Shown here one piece after another: positions 48,199 through 58,871 of a DNA stretch of 64,000 bases. The notes beneath the pieces were generated by a model. It had not been told where the DNA came from. It searched no databases and saw only the letters and a program-made list of their open reading frames with translations. The stretch covers positions 128,001 to 192,000 of the forward strand of contig CAVSGM010000003.1 in NCBI GenBank assembly GCA_963727485.1, read 5' to 3'. Every line of letters begins with the position of its first letter. The stretch's first letter is position 1. This DNA comes from an uncultured delta proteobacterium (GTDB lineage: Bacteria > Myxococcota > Myxococcia > SLRQ01). The translations under genes were made by a program, and so were the position numbers.

Positions 48199-48292
48199 GT
48201 CGACGGTGGGGCGCGCCGGGCGCAGGTTGCGACCTGCCGTCCCGCTCGTCTACGCTGGGCAGGCGCCCGAGGTGGGCGCAGAGGTGGTCAAG

Positions 48293-49232
48293 ATGAAGCA
48301 TGCAGTCGCGGTCGTCCTCGGTGCTCCTCCTCGCGCTCCCGGGCGCGGCCCACGCCGCCGAGAGCGGCCTCACGCGGGCGGCCGCAGCCCTGGCCCAGGC
48401 CCAGCGGAGCTTCCCGGACGCCGCGGCGTCGTGGGCGTGGTCGGCGAAGAGCGCCCAGGCCGCGCCGAACGCCGCGGGGCTGGTGGCGCTGGGCCTGGTG
48501 CGCGGCTACGGGCGGACCGGCGACGCCTCGGCGCTGGCGGCGGCGCGGCGGTGGGGCGAGGCGCGGCTCGCGGACCTGGCCGCCTGGCGGCCCTTGTACG
48601 ACCCGGACGTCGAGGCCCTGGCGGCGCTGGGGCGCGCCACGGGGGACGCCAACTACACCGAGGCGGCGCGCACGGCCTTCGACCGGCGCTGGGGCGGCGC
48701 CACCGGCGACGAGGCCCTGGCGCGCCTGAAGATGATCCGCGGCGCCAACCTGGGCTACGTGGGCTACGACGCGGCGCTGGCCATCCGGGCGGCGCGGGCG
48801 GTGGGCCACGGGGCCTTCGCGGCGGCGCTGGCGCGGGCGGTGGTCTCGGCGCCGGGCCTGGTGCCGGCGATCACCGACCCGCGGGGGATCGGCGTGACCG
48901 CCCGGGCGGCGCTGGTGGGCGCGGTGACCGGCCTCGACGACCCGGCGGTGGTCGCGGCGGCGGGCCGGTGGGCCGAGGCCCTGGTGGCCGCCCAGGGGCG
49001 CGACGGGAGCTGGTCGTTCCACAACACCCAGGCGACGGCCTACGCGGTGGCGGCCCTGGCGACGCGCACCCCGGCGGCGGCGGCCAAGGGGCGCGCCTGG
49101 CTCACGAAGACCCAGCGCCCCGACGGCACCTGGACCACCTTCGACGACGGGATGCCCGCGGCGTTCTCCGGGCCGGTGGTCCACGAGGTCTCGGCGGAGG
49201 CGCTGCTGGCGCTCGCGGACACCCAGCCCTAG
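48293..49232 (+). CDS. Exported alpha/alpha-toroid protein with prenyltransferase/squalene-cyclase-type repeats; frameshift at about 48320
   Basis: MKHAVAVVL signal peptide joins the next frame; Q.RDGSW and QRPDGTW repeats. Confidence 0.55.
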
Positions 49233-49245
49233 AGGTCCAAGGGCG

Positions 49246-50370
49246 GTGAGCGGTCGTCGAGAGCGGGTCCGGGCCCGGGGGCGTCGTCGTCGCCGGCGGC
49301 TGGCGGTGGCGCACGTGGTCTCCGTGGCGGTGCACCTGCTGCCGCTGGTGGCGCTGGTGGGGTTGGAGTGGCCCGATCTGAGCGCGGAGCCCGAGGTGCC
49401 CATGCGGCGGGTGGTCGAGGTGCGGCTGGAGGCGCAGCGGCCGCCCAAGGACGTGATGTTCCAGGCCGAGCACGACTCGGACGTGAAGCAGGCGACGACG
49501 GCGGTGGCGAGTGGGGCGGCGATGCGGACGCGGGGTGGGGTGGTGACCCAGCGGCCGGCGCCTCGGTCGCGGGCGGCGGCCCGGGCGGCGAGGCAGCTTC
49601 GCCCGCGGCGGCGTGGGGCGGTGCGGCGTTCGGCAGCCGCGGAGGCGCCGCATTCGGTCGCCAGGCAGCCCCACCGGGCCGCCCCTCGGCCGGCAGAGGC
49701 GGTGCTGGCGTCTGCGCACGTCGCCGCACATGGGCGCACCCTGGCGCTGGCCCACGCGGCGGTGGACCTGACGCCCGCGCCCGCGCCGGCGCGGCCTTCG
49801 GTGTCCGCGCCGGCCGCTCGTGACGCGGTTGCGCATGCCGCGGCGGCCGAGGTGGATCGCCCCCCTCGGGACGCCGACACAGACGCCGCCCCCGACGTCG
49901 AGCTCGCCGACGCCCAGGTGCCCCAGCCGCCGAGCCCCTACGTGCCCTCCTCGCCGGCCGCTGAGGCCCCAAGCCAGCGCGCCGAGGCGGCACCCGCGGC
50001 CCACATTCCGGGCCTGCGGCCGGCGATGCGCACCCAGGTCCCCGCCCGCGCCATGCTCCTGGCCGCCTACCTGCGCCGCGTGCGCGACCGGATCCGGCAC
50101 GAGTGGCACCCGAAGCTGGTCCTCGGTGGGGGAAACACGGTGTGGCGCCCGGTGGAGGTGCAGGTGTACATGGCGGTCGCCGCCGACGGCAGCCTCGAGA
50201 CCGTCCGCGTGGCCCGGAGCTGCGGGAACGCCGGCATCGACGGGCAGGCGCTGGCGGCGGTGAAGCGCGCCGAACCGTTCCTCCCGCCCCCGGCGGCACT
50301 GCTCCACGGCGGGGTGGTGGGCTTCACCTTCGGGGCCATGGCCCTGGGGGCTGGCGCCGGGGTTCCGTAG
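49246..50370 (+). CDS. TonB C-terminal domain protein
   Basis: N-terminal TM with S...H, Ala/Pro linker, Y...V..RI...W, V..DG.L..V.V.RS.G....D..AL.AV..A.PF.PPP. Confidence 0.7.
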   Translation: MSGRRERVRARGRRRRRRLAVAHVVSVAVHLLPLVALVGLEWPDLSAEPEVPMRRVVEVRLEAQRPPKDVMFQAEHDSDVKQATTAVASGAAMRTRGGVVTQRPAPRSRAAARAARQLRPRRRGAVRRSAAAEAPHSVARQPHRAAPRPAEAVLASAHVAAHGRTLALAHAAVDLTPAPAPARPSVSAPAARDAVAHAAAAEVDRPPRDADTDAAPDVELADAQVPQPPSPYVPSSPAAEAPSQRAEAAPAAHIPGLRPAMRTQVPARAMLLAAYLRRVRDRIRHEWHPKLVLGGGNTVWRPVEVQVYMAVAADGSLETVRVARSCGNAGIDGQALAAVKRAEPFLPPPAALLHGGVVGFTFGAMALGAGAGVP

Positions 50371-50433
50371 CACCCGGGCGGGCGGTGCCCCGGGCTGGAC
50401 TCGGCCCCGGCGCCTCAGGGTAGTCTCGGGCAG

Positions 50434-51355
50434 ATGTCCACGGACCCCACCAACGGCCGGCTGACCCACCTGCGCCAGCTCGAGGCGGAGAGCATCCAGA
50501 TCCTCCGCGAGGCGGCCGCCGAGTTCGAGAACCCGGTGATGCTCTACAGCATCGGCAAGGACTCCTCGGTGCTGGTCCGCCTGGCCCAGAAGGCCTTCTA
50601 CCCGGGCCCGCTGCCGTTCCCGCTTTTGCATATTGACACCACCTTCAAGTTCCGGGAGATGATCAGCTTCCGGGACCGGTTCACCCAGGAGCAGGGCCTG
50701 CGCCTGTTGGTCCACACCAACCCGGACGGCCTGAAGCTGGGAATGAATCCCTTCGACTTCGGGTCTGCCAAGCACACGCAGGTGATGAAGACCGATGCGC
50801 TGCGCCAGGCCCTCGACCACTGGCGCTTCGACTGCGCCTTCGGTGGGGCCCGGCGGGACGAGGAGCGCAGCCGGGCCAAAGAGCGGGTATTCTCCTTCCG
50901 CGATCGGTTTCACCAGTGGGACCCGAAGCGCCAGCGGCCTGAGCTGTGGAACCTCTACAACGGCCGCATCAACCCGGGCGAGAGCGTCCGCGTCTTCCCC
51001 ATCAGCAACTGGACCGAGCTCGACGTCTGGCTCTACATCCACGTGGAGAAGATCCCGCGTGGTGCCGCTCTACTTCGCCAAGAAGCGCCCGGTGGTCGAG
51101 CGCCAGGGCCAGCTCCTCATGGTCGACGACGACCGGCTGCCCCTCGAGGACGGCGAGGAGCCGATGATGAAGAAGGTCCGGTTCCGGACGCTCGGGTGCT
51201 ACCCGCTGACCGCCGGCGTCGAGAGCGAGGCGGACACGGTGCCCAAGATCCTTCGGGAGATGCTCGAGTCGCGCTTGAGCGAGCGGCAGGGCCGCCTCAT
51301 CGACACCGACGAGGACGCGTCGATGGAGAAGAAGAAGCGCGAGGGGTACTTCTGA
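50434..51355 (+). CDS. cysD: Sulfate adenylyltransferase subunit 2; frameshift at about 51057
   Basis: [48 protein letters not shown]. Confidence 0.95.
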
Positions 51356-51371
51356 TGCGCGCGGTGCTTGG

Positions 51372-53206
51372 ATGAGCGAGCAGGGTCGCACATCGAGGAC
51401 ATCGACGCCTGGCTGGCGGACTACCAGGAGAAGGAGCTCCTGCGGTTCGTGGCGGTGGGGTCGGTGGATGACGGCAAGTCGACGCTCATCGGCCGCCTGC
51501 TGCACGACACCGGGATGGTCTACGAGGACCAGCTCGAGGCGGCGCAGCGGGCGAGCCGGATGCCCGACGGGAGCCTCGACTTCTCGCTGCTGACCGACGG
51601 GCTGGCCGCCGAGCGCGAGCAGGGCATCACCATCGACGTCGCGTACCGGTACTTCTCCACCGAGCAGGCGCAAGTTCATCATCGCCGATACGCCGGGGCA
51701 CGTGCAGTACACCCGGAACATGGTGACCGGCGCGTCCACCGCGGACGTGGCGCTGATCCTCATCGACGCGCGGCTCGGGGTGCTGGAGCAGAGCCGGCGG
51801 CACGCGACCATCGCCTCGCTGCTGGGGATCCCGCACCTGGCCGTGTGCGTGAACAAGATGGACCTGGTGAGCTGGGACCAGGCGGTCTTCGAGCGCATCC
51901 GGGAGGACTTCAGCGCCTTCGCGGCGGACCTGGGGTTCAAGGACACCGCGTTCATCCCCGTGAGTGCGGTACGCGGCTCCAACATCGTCGAGCCGAGCAC
52001 GCGGATGCCCTGGTACGACGGCCAGACGGTGCTCGGGTACCTGGAGCGCGTGCCGGTTGGCGCCGACCGGAATCTGGAAGACCTGCGGTTCCCGGTGCAG
52101 TACGTGATCCGGCCCGACCTGAACTACCGCGGCTACGCCGGCGAGGTGGTGAGCGGGACCGCGAAGGTGGGGCAGGAGGTGATGGTCCTCCCCGGCGGGC
52201 AGAAGAGCCGGGTGAAGGCCATCGACACCTTCGATGGGCCGCTGCGCGAGGCCGAGACCCCGCGGTCCGTGGTGGTGCGCCTCGAGGACGAGGTCGACGT
52301 GAGCCGCGGCGACATGCTCGTGGATGCAGGGCGGATCCCCCGGGTGCGCCGGCGCTTCGAGGCCCACCTGGTGTGGATGAGCGAGCGTCCCCTGGACCTC
52401 CAGAAGACCTACCTGCTCAAGCACACCACCCAGACCGTGCGGGCGCAGATCGGTCGGGTGGCGTGGAAGAAGGACATGGAGACGCTGGCCGAGGTGCCCG
52501 GCCGAGGGCCTCGCGCTCAACGACATCGGGCGGGTGGAGGTGACCTGCCACCGGGCGTTCTACTTCGACCCCTACCGGGTGAACCGGGCGACCGGCGCGT
52601 TCATCGTCATCGACTCGCTGACCAACGACACCGTTGGCGCCGGGATGATCGTCGACGGTGCGGCGGAGCAGGGCCTCGACGAGGTCGTCCAGGAGCTCCA
52701 TGCCGGGTCGGCGCTGGTGCCCAAGAGCCAGGTGAGCCCCCGGGAGCGGTTCGAGCGGCTCGGGCAGAAGGGCTGCGTGGTGTGGCTCACCGGGCTGCCG
52801 GGCTCGGGGAAGTGGCCGCTGGCCTACGCCCTGGAGCGGCGCCTCTTCGACATGGGGCACACCGCCACGGTGGTGGTCCCCACCGGCGAGGACCTCCGGA
52901 CGATGATCAGCGCCGCCAAGGCCGGCGCCGACGCGGGGCTCATCACCATCTGCGCCTTCGCCAGCTACGGCCGGGCCGACCGGGCGGCGGTGCGCGAGCG
53001 GGTGGGGGCCGAGCGCTTCGTCCACGTGTACGTGAACACCGACCCGGCGCTGTGCCGGGAGCGGCGGCCCGACGCGAGCTTCGAGGGCTTCGAGGTGCCC
53101 GCAGCGCCCGGAGGTGACGGTGGCGCTCGACGAGATGGACCTCGACGGAGCCATCGAGGCGATCCTCGAGGACCTGGGGCGGCGCGGGCAGTTCCGGCCA
53201 CGCTAG
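51372..53206 (+). CDS. cysN: Sulfate adenylyltransferase subunit 1 with degenerate APS-kinase domain; about 4 frameshifts
   Basis: [69 protein letters not shown]. Confidence 0.9.
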
Positions 53207-53411
53207 CTTTGCAGCTACGGTTCCGACACTGCGTTCGGTGGGAACGCGGGGTGCCCGGGACGGTGCAGACTGTTTCGGTCTTGAACGCAGGTTTCGTCTG
53301 CAAGTCGAAGAAGGACTCCGGGCGCCGCCCGGCCCTGCTGAAGGCCGCCAGCCCGCCCTCGCAGTCCCGCCCGCCGGTCCAGTTCTGGGACCGAACCGGG
53401 GCGGAGTGTGA

Positions 53412-53966
53412 ATGACGCTGGGCGCTTCACTCGCCAACCGAGGGGATGGATACCATCGTGACGAGCTCCGGCTCCTCGAGGCCCTCCATGAGTCCCCCGA
53501 GCAGAGTCAGCGGGAGCTCGCCAAGCAGGCAGGCCTCTCGCTCAGCAAGGCCCACTTGGTGCTCAAGCGGCTCGCCCAGCGGGGGATGGTGACGGTGAAG
53601 ACCACACCGGCCAGCGGTCACCGCCTCGGCTACCGGTACCAGCTTACCCCACGCGGGCACGCCCGAAAGGCGCTGCTTCGCTACCGTCTGCTCCAGAGAA
53701 CGGCGGAGGAGTACCAGGACGCCGTGCGGCGCCTGAAGACGCGCGTGCGGGAGGCTTGGCGCCAGCACAAGCCGGCGTCGCGACGGGGTCCGCCGGCAAT
53801 CCTTCTTGTGGGGTCGGGGGCCCTCTCCGACCTGGTAAGGGACGTGGTGCAGCGCGCGGGGATGCCGGTGGTGGACGACGCCGCGCGGGCCGACCTGGCC
53901 ATCGTCCTCGACCCCCGGGAGGCGGATAGTGTGGACTCCCGTCTGGCGAAGGTGGGGCTCGGATGA
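53412..53966 (+). CDS. EPS-associated MarR-type winged-helix regulator
   Basis: LL..L...P..SQRELA...GLSL......LK.L...G, Y.LTP.G...K. Confidence 0.8.
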   Translation: MTLGASLANRGDGYHRDELRLLEALHESPEQSQRELAKQAGLSLSKAHLVLKRLAQRGMVTVKTTPASGHRLGYRYQLTPRGHARKALLRYRLLQRTAEEYQDAVRRLKTRVREAWRQHKPASRRGPPAILLVGSGALSDLVRDVVQRAGMPVVDDAARADLAIVLDPREADSVDSRLAKVGLG

Positions 53967-53981
53967 GCATCACCGAGCGGG

Positions 53982-55031
53982 GATGGAGATGAACCCCTCG
54001 TCCTTGTGGCGATCGGCGCCCGCAGTGGCGAGGGTCTACCGCGCACCCTCCCTCGGCGCCGCACTGGCAGTGGCGCCTGAGCCGGCGCTGAAGACCTTCG
54101 CTCGCGAGGAGGGGCTCGCGGCGCTCCTTGGGCGCCGGTGGGGCGTGTGGGGGAACGATGTCCAGGCGAGCGTGGCCAACGCGCTGGTGGCCGAGCAGGC
54201 AACCCGCCGGGCAATCTGTGCCCTGGAGGACGAAGGCATCCCGGTGGTGGTCCTCAAGGGTGTGGTGGCCGCGCGCCTCGGCTGGACGAACCGTTCCTGC
54301 GACCCCAGTCGGACATCGATCTGCTGGTGCTTCGTGCGGACGTGCGTCGCAGCATGGCGGTGCTCCACGACGGGGGCCTGACCACCACCGCTCCCCAGGA
54401 GCCCGACCCGTGGCTGCACCACCGGACCCTGCGGAGCCGTTCCGGTCCGCCCATCGAGCTGCACTATGCGCTCACCAACGACCTGGCGCTGACCCTGGAC
54501 ACGGCGTCGCTCCTCGAGGCCCGGGGGCACCTGGGAGAGGGGCCGTCGCGACTGCCCACCCTAGGGTTGGTGGAGACCTTCGTGTACCAGGTCCTCCACG
54601 CGGCGGTGCACCTCTGCGCGCGTCTGGCCTGGCTGGTGGACCTCGTCGGCCTGCTCGAGGCCGTTACCGCGGTTTGGGACCAAGTGCTGGCGACCGCCAA
54701 CGCCTGGGGTGCCACCCTGGCCCTGCAGACGACCCTCGGGGCTCTGGACACGCTGGTGGGTGCCGGGCACGTGCCGCCTGGCCGGTCCAGCGTACGACTC
54801 GGCGCCGGTCGGGTGGCGGCGCTGGAGGCCTACGTGCTGGCACGGCGCCGTCTGCCGGGGTGGCTGTCCTGGCAGGTCGACCGGGCCGCGCGGCTCGGGC
54901 TCTCCGACCGGCTCGCCGGGCTGCTGCTGGGATCTGCGAAGGCGCGAGGCAGCGCCTCGAGACGAGGCCAGGAGGCGCTGACCTGGGTTCGCGCCCGCGG
55001 CCAGGGCCCCCGCCAGGGCTGGCCAGGGTGA
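53982..55031 (+). CDS. Nucleotidyltransferase family protein (NTP_transf_5-like); frameshift at about 54285
   Basis: VVVLKG, RP.SDIDLLV, IELH, H...H...RL.W.VD. Confidence 0.7.
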
Positions 55032-55053
55032 GCAGGTCCCGAACGGAGCCCGA

Positions 55054-56365
55054 GTGACGGTCGCCGAGCACCGGCAGGGCCCTCCGGGGGGCCTCTCGAT
55101 CCGTTCGCAATTTCGTGTGGGTTGCCGCCGGAAACCTAATCTACGGCGGCACCCAGTGGGGCCTGCTGGTTGCGATCGCGCGTGCGTTGAGCCCGGCGGC
55201 GGTCGGCCGCTATGCCCTCGGCCTCGCGTTCACCGCACCGGTGTTTCTCTGCGGTCTTCAGCTGCGTGAGATCCTTGCGACCGACGCCAAGCGTGAGTAC
55301 CCGTTTGCGGTCTACGCCCACCTCCGCTGGACCTCGGTGCTCGCTTCGATAGTCCTCTCCTGGCTCCTGGTCCTCGCCCTCGGTTACGACCTCCAGATGC
55401 AGACCCTGGTGGTCCTCCTGGGGATCTCGAAGGCCGTGGGGTCGTTGAGCGAACTCCGGTATGGGCTCTTTCAGCTGCGGGAGCGCATGGGCCTCTCGTC
55501 CGCTCGCCGATACTTCGAGGCGTTCTCGACCTGGCCGCGGTGGTGGCCTCGGTGGTCGTGCTCCACAGCCTCGAGGTCGCCGTGGCCGGGCTGGCGGCCG
55601 CCTGGCTCATCGTCTACTTGGCCCATGACCTCCCCATCGCTCGCACTCTTCTCCATGCCGGCGAGGCTCCCGCCGCCGGCGCCGGTACGCGCCGTTCCAG
55701 GCTCTCGGACGCCCGGCCGCTTCTCCTGCGGGCGCTTCCCATGGGATTCGTGGTTCTGCTCATCTCGTTGAACGTGAGCGTCCCGCGGTACGCCATCGAG
55801 CACTGGTGGAATGCCCATGTGCTCGGTGTGTTCGCCGCCATGAACTACGTGTTCGTGGCGTTCGGGGGCGTGGTGATCGCGCTGGCCCAGGCTGTGACCC
55901 CGCGCTTGGCCCATATCATTCGGAGCGGCGACCTGCCGAGTTCCGCAGGCTCCTGCTCCAGTCGCTGGGGGTTGGGGTGGCGGCCGGCGTCGGCACGGTG
56001 CTCGGTGTCGCGCTCCTCGGCCGGCCGGTGCTCAAGCTGGTGTACGGACCGGCCTTCGCTGGCCACCTCGACGTGTTTCTGGTCCTGGCCGTCGCGGGCG
56101 GCCTCGGATACGCTCGCACCTTTCTCGGGCACGCGGTCACCGCGGCGCGCTGGTTCGCCATCCAGCCGCTGGTGGCCGTCTCCGGCCTCACCACCACCGT
56201 GGTTCTGGCGTGGCTGCTGGTCCCGCGCGGGGGCATGATGGGCGCCGCCCTGGCGGTGCTCGGAGGGTCTGTGGTGCAGACCATGGGCATGGGCAGTGTC
56301 GCCTCTGGGTATCTCGGGCGCTCTCCCGGGCATCGATCGCGCAGCCCCGCCCCGAGGCATCGTGA
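55054..56365 (+). CDS. Wzx-type oligosaccharide flippase; several frameshifts, end approximate
   Basis: W...GN.IY...QW, G.YALGLA, many TM helices, PRY.IE...LGVF. Confidence 0.75.
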
Positions 56366-56405
56366 CCACCTCGGGTCCGGCCAGCGTCCGGATGCGGAAG
56401 GAACG

Positions 56406-57280
56406 ATGAAACAGAGGATCAAGCAGCTCTACTTCGGCCTCAGCGGCGCCGTGAGGTGGTGCGGGTGTCAATCCCCGCCGAGCCCGAGGGCCAGGCACGG
56501 CCCATCTTCATCGTCGGGCTCTATCGCTCAGGCACCACCTTGCTCCGGTACATGCTCGACAGCCACCCGAACCTCGCCTGTCCCGCCGAGACAGACTTCC
56601 TGGCCACCCTGGCTCCGCTGGTCAATCAGGAGCTTTACCGGACTGGGCTCGAGGCCATGGGATTCGAAAGCGACCACGTCCGGCTGAGACTGCGGCGGTT
56701 CATCTCCTACTTTTACGAGAACTATGCCCAGGCTCGGGGGAAGCAGCGGTGGGTGGACAAGACACCCGCCTATGTCGACCACCTGCCGTTCATCCGGTCG
56801 GTGTTCCCGCAGGCCCAGATGTTGCTGCTCTATCGGCACCCCTTCGACCAGATCGAGTCGCACACCAGTGGTGGCGCCCGACTGCACTGGTCGTCGAGGG
56901 CTACCAGGAGCCCGGGGACACGGTCCGGATGGCGGCGGCGCGCTACTGGGCGAAGAAGGCGCAGAATATCCTGGACTTCGAGGCCCAGGACGCCGGGTGC
57001 CGTCGGCTGCGGGACGAAGACCTCACGGCGGATCCCGAGGCGACGCTGGGGCCCCTGCTGGAGTGGCTGGGCGAGCCCTGGGATCCGACGTCCTCGACTT
57101 TAGCCGGGTTCGACACTCGGCGGGCCGAGAAGACAACAAAATCAAGACGACGACCGGTATCGTGGCGAGCGTGGGTAACTGGAGCAGCTGGCCCGCGGAG
57201 GAAGTGGCCGCCGTGAGGGAGATGGTGGCGGGGCCGATGAGCGCCCTTGGCTACGACAGCGAGCTGGTCGCCGCTTCTCG
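56406..57280 (+). CDS. PAPS-dependent sulfotransferase; frameshifts, end approximate
   Basis: PIFIVG..RSGTTLLR.ML.SHP, WVDKTP, FP.A, EDL..DP..TL...LG.PW. Confidence 0.82.
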
Positions 57281-57282
57281 CG

Positions 57283-58810
57283 GTGGCGCACGCCGAGGAC
57301 GAGGCCTCTGGACACGAAGAACACATCCCGATTCTCGTACTGGGCAACGCTCGTCGAGGTCTCGTATCCGGGCCGTGGCTCGTCGTTCTGCTCGCCTTCC
57401 CTGGCCCAGGGGGTCGGGGTGCGCCTGCTCACCGGATTCCTCACGGCATCCGGTCTCTGGTACCTCGTCGGATGGTACGTCCTCACCCGTGAGCTGCTGC
57501 GGCCCTACATTCTCTTCTGGGGATCGTCCTGGCCTTCAACGCGGGCCAGGCGGTGCTCTTCGTCCTGGGGGTCTCGCGCCATGGCTTTCTCTTTCACAGT
57601 TCTCCGAGGGTCTAACCCTTGAGACCCTGACGCTGGTGGACAATTCGCGGCCCTGCACCTCGGAGCGCTCCTGGCGTGGAGATGGAGAGGCGGCCGGTGG
57701 ACCGCGCCCCCAGGAATCGGATCGACTTCAGCCATATGCGCACCATCGGCTGGTTGCTGGTGGTGGTATCGGCGCCCTTCGCCGCGGCCGTGCTCTGGAG
57801 CCACGTTTCCGACGTGCTCTCGAGCCGGGTACTTCTCCATCTTCCGGGGCTCCTCGCCCACCGGCGTGCTGGCCGCCCGGTACGTGCTGGCGCCTCTGCT
57901 GCTCCCGGGGATCCTCCTGGTGGTGGCGGCCTCTCCCGAGCTCCCCCGACTCCGCCAGGTGCTCGCGGGGGTGACCCTCGCCTACGTGCTGGTGCTGTTG
58001 TTCATCGGCTCCCGGGGTGCCGCCGCCCGAGACGCTCTGGCCTTCGCCTGGGTCTGGCCGGCGACGGTGAAACGCCACTCCACGGCCATGATAGTCGCCG
58101 TGGGGAGGTCGTGTCCTGGTTCTCTTCCCCGTCATCGGGGTGATGCGCGATGCGCCAGGGCACGAGCGCCTCTCTGCGGACTACGTGGTCAACGTCCTCT
58201 CGGAGGTGAACGATCCGGCACAGCGCAGCCTCTCCGAATCGGTGGGACAATGCAGACGGTCGCTTGGACCTTGGAGCCGGTGCCCGAGGAGCGACCGTTC
58301 TCCTACGGCGTCGAGTATGCCTACGCCATGCTCGCCGTGGTGCCGAACCTGGGGTGGAGCATCCACCCCTCCGAGGTTCACGCCCGGCCCGAGCGGTGGC
58401 TGACCCGCGAGGTCGCGCCGACCATAGCCCGCAAGGGTGGGTCGATTGGCTACTCCTTCCTCGCCGAGGCCTATCTGAACTTCGGCCCCGTGGGCGCCTG
58501 CCTCGTGCTCTTCCTGCTCGGCGCGGCGGTGGTGCGTCTCGACCGCTGGGCCACCGGCGAGCCCGGCGCCCCGAGGGCCGCGCGGATGCGTGGCGGCCGC
58601 CTCGCTCTTTCCCTTCCTCCTGGTCTTCCCTCGAGCCGAGGCAACCACCGTGGTGCGCGGGCTGGCATGGTACAGCGTCGCCCCCTACCTGCTGATCCTG
58701 GTGTTCCAGCAGATGTCAGACGGCTGGCCCCGGGGGGGGCGAGGCAGGCAGCGAGGCGTCGAGCAGACGCCATTCGGGCCGGCTACCTCGGGCGGAGACG
58801 CGATCCCTGA
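57283..58810 (+). CDS. Wzy-type polysaccharide polymerase; heavily frameshifted, ends approximate
   Basis: Hydrophobic fragments, IG.R, G.S.LAEAYLNFG motif, locus context. Confidence 0.62.
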
Positions 58811-58871
58811 CGGCGGCGTCCGCCGCGAACCGCCGAACCTCCTTCATCCCTCCTCTCCGGCTCCAACTCAC

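Noticed and set aside
14191..53206. Programmed frameshifting or true pseudogenes in the CCC, M16, asnB, fpg-like, cysD and cysN genes
   Set aside because: No slippery sites; single indels restore full conserved proteins, so sequencing error is more parsimonious
43580..57280. Lasso peptide cluster (asnB-like, nucleotidyltransferase, sulfotransferase)
   Set aside because: AsnB keeps an intact N-terminal Cys glutaminase domain; no B1/B2 proteins or precursor seen; context is polysaccharide
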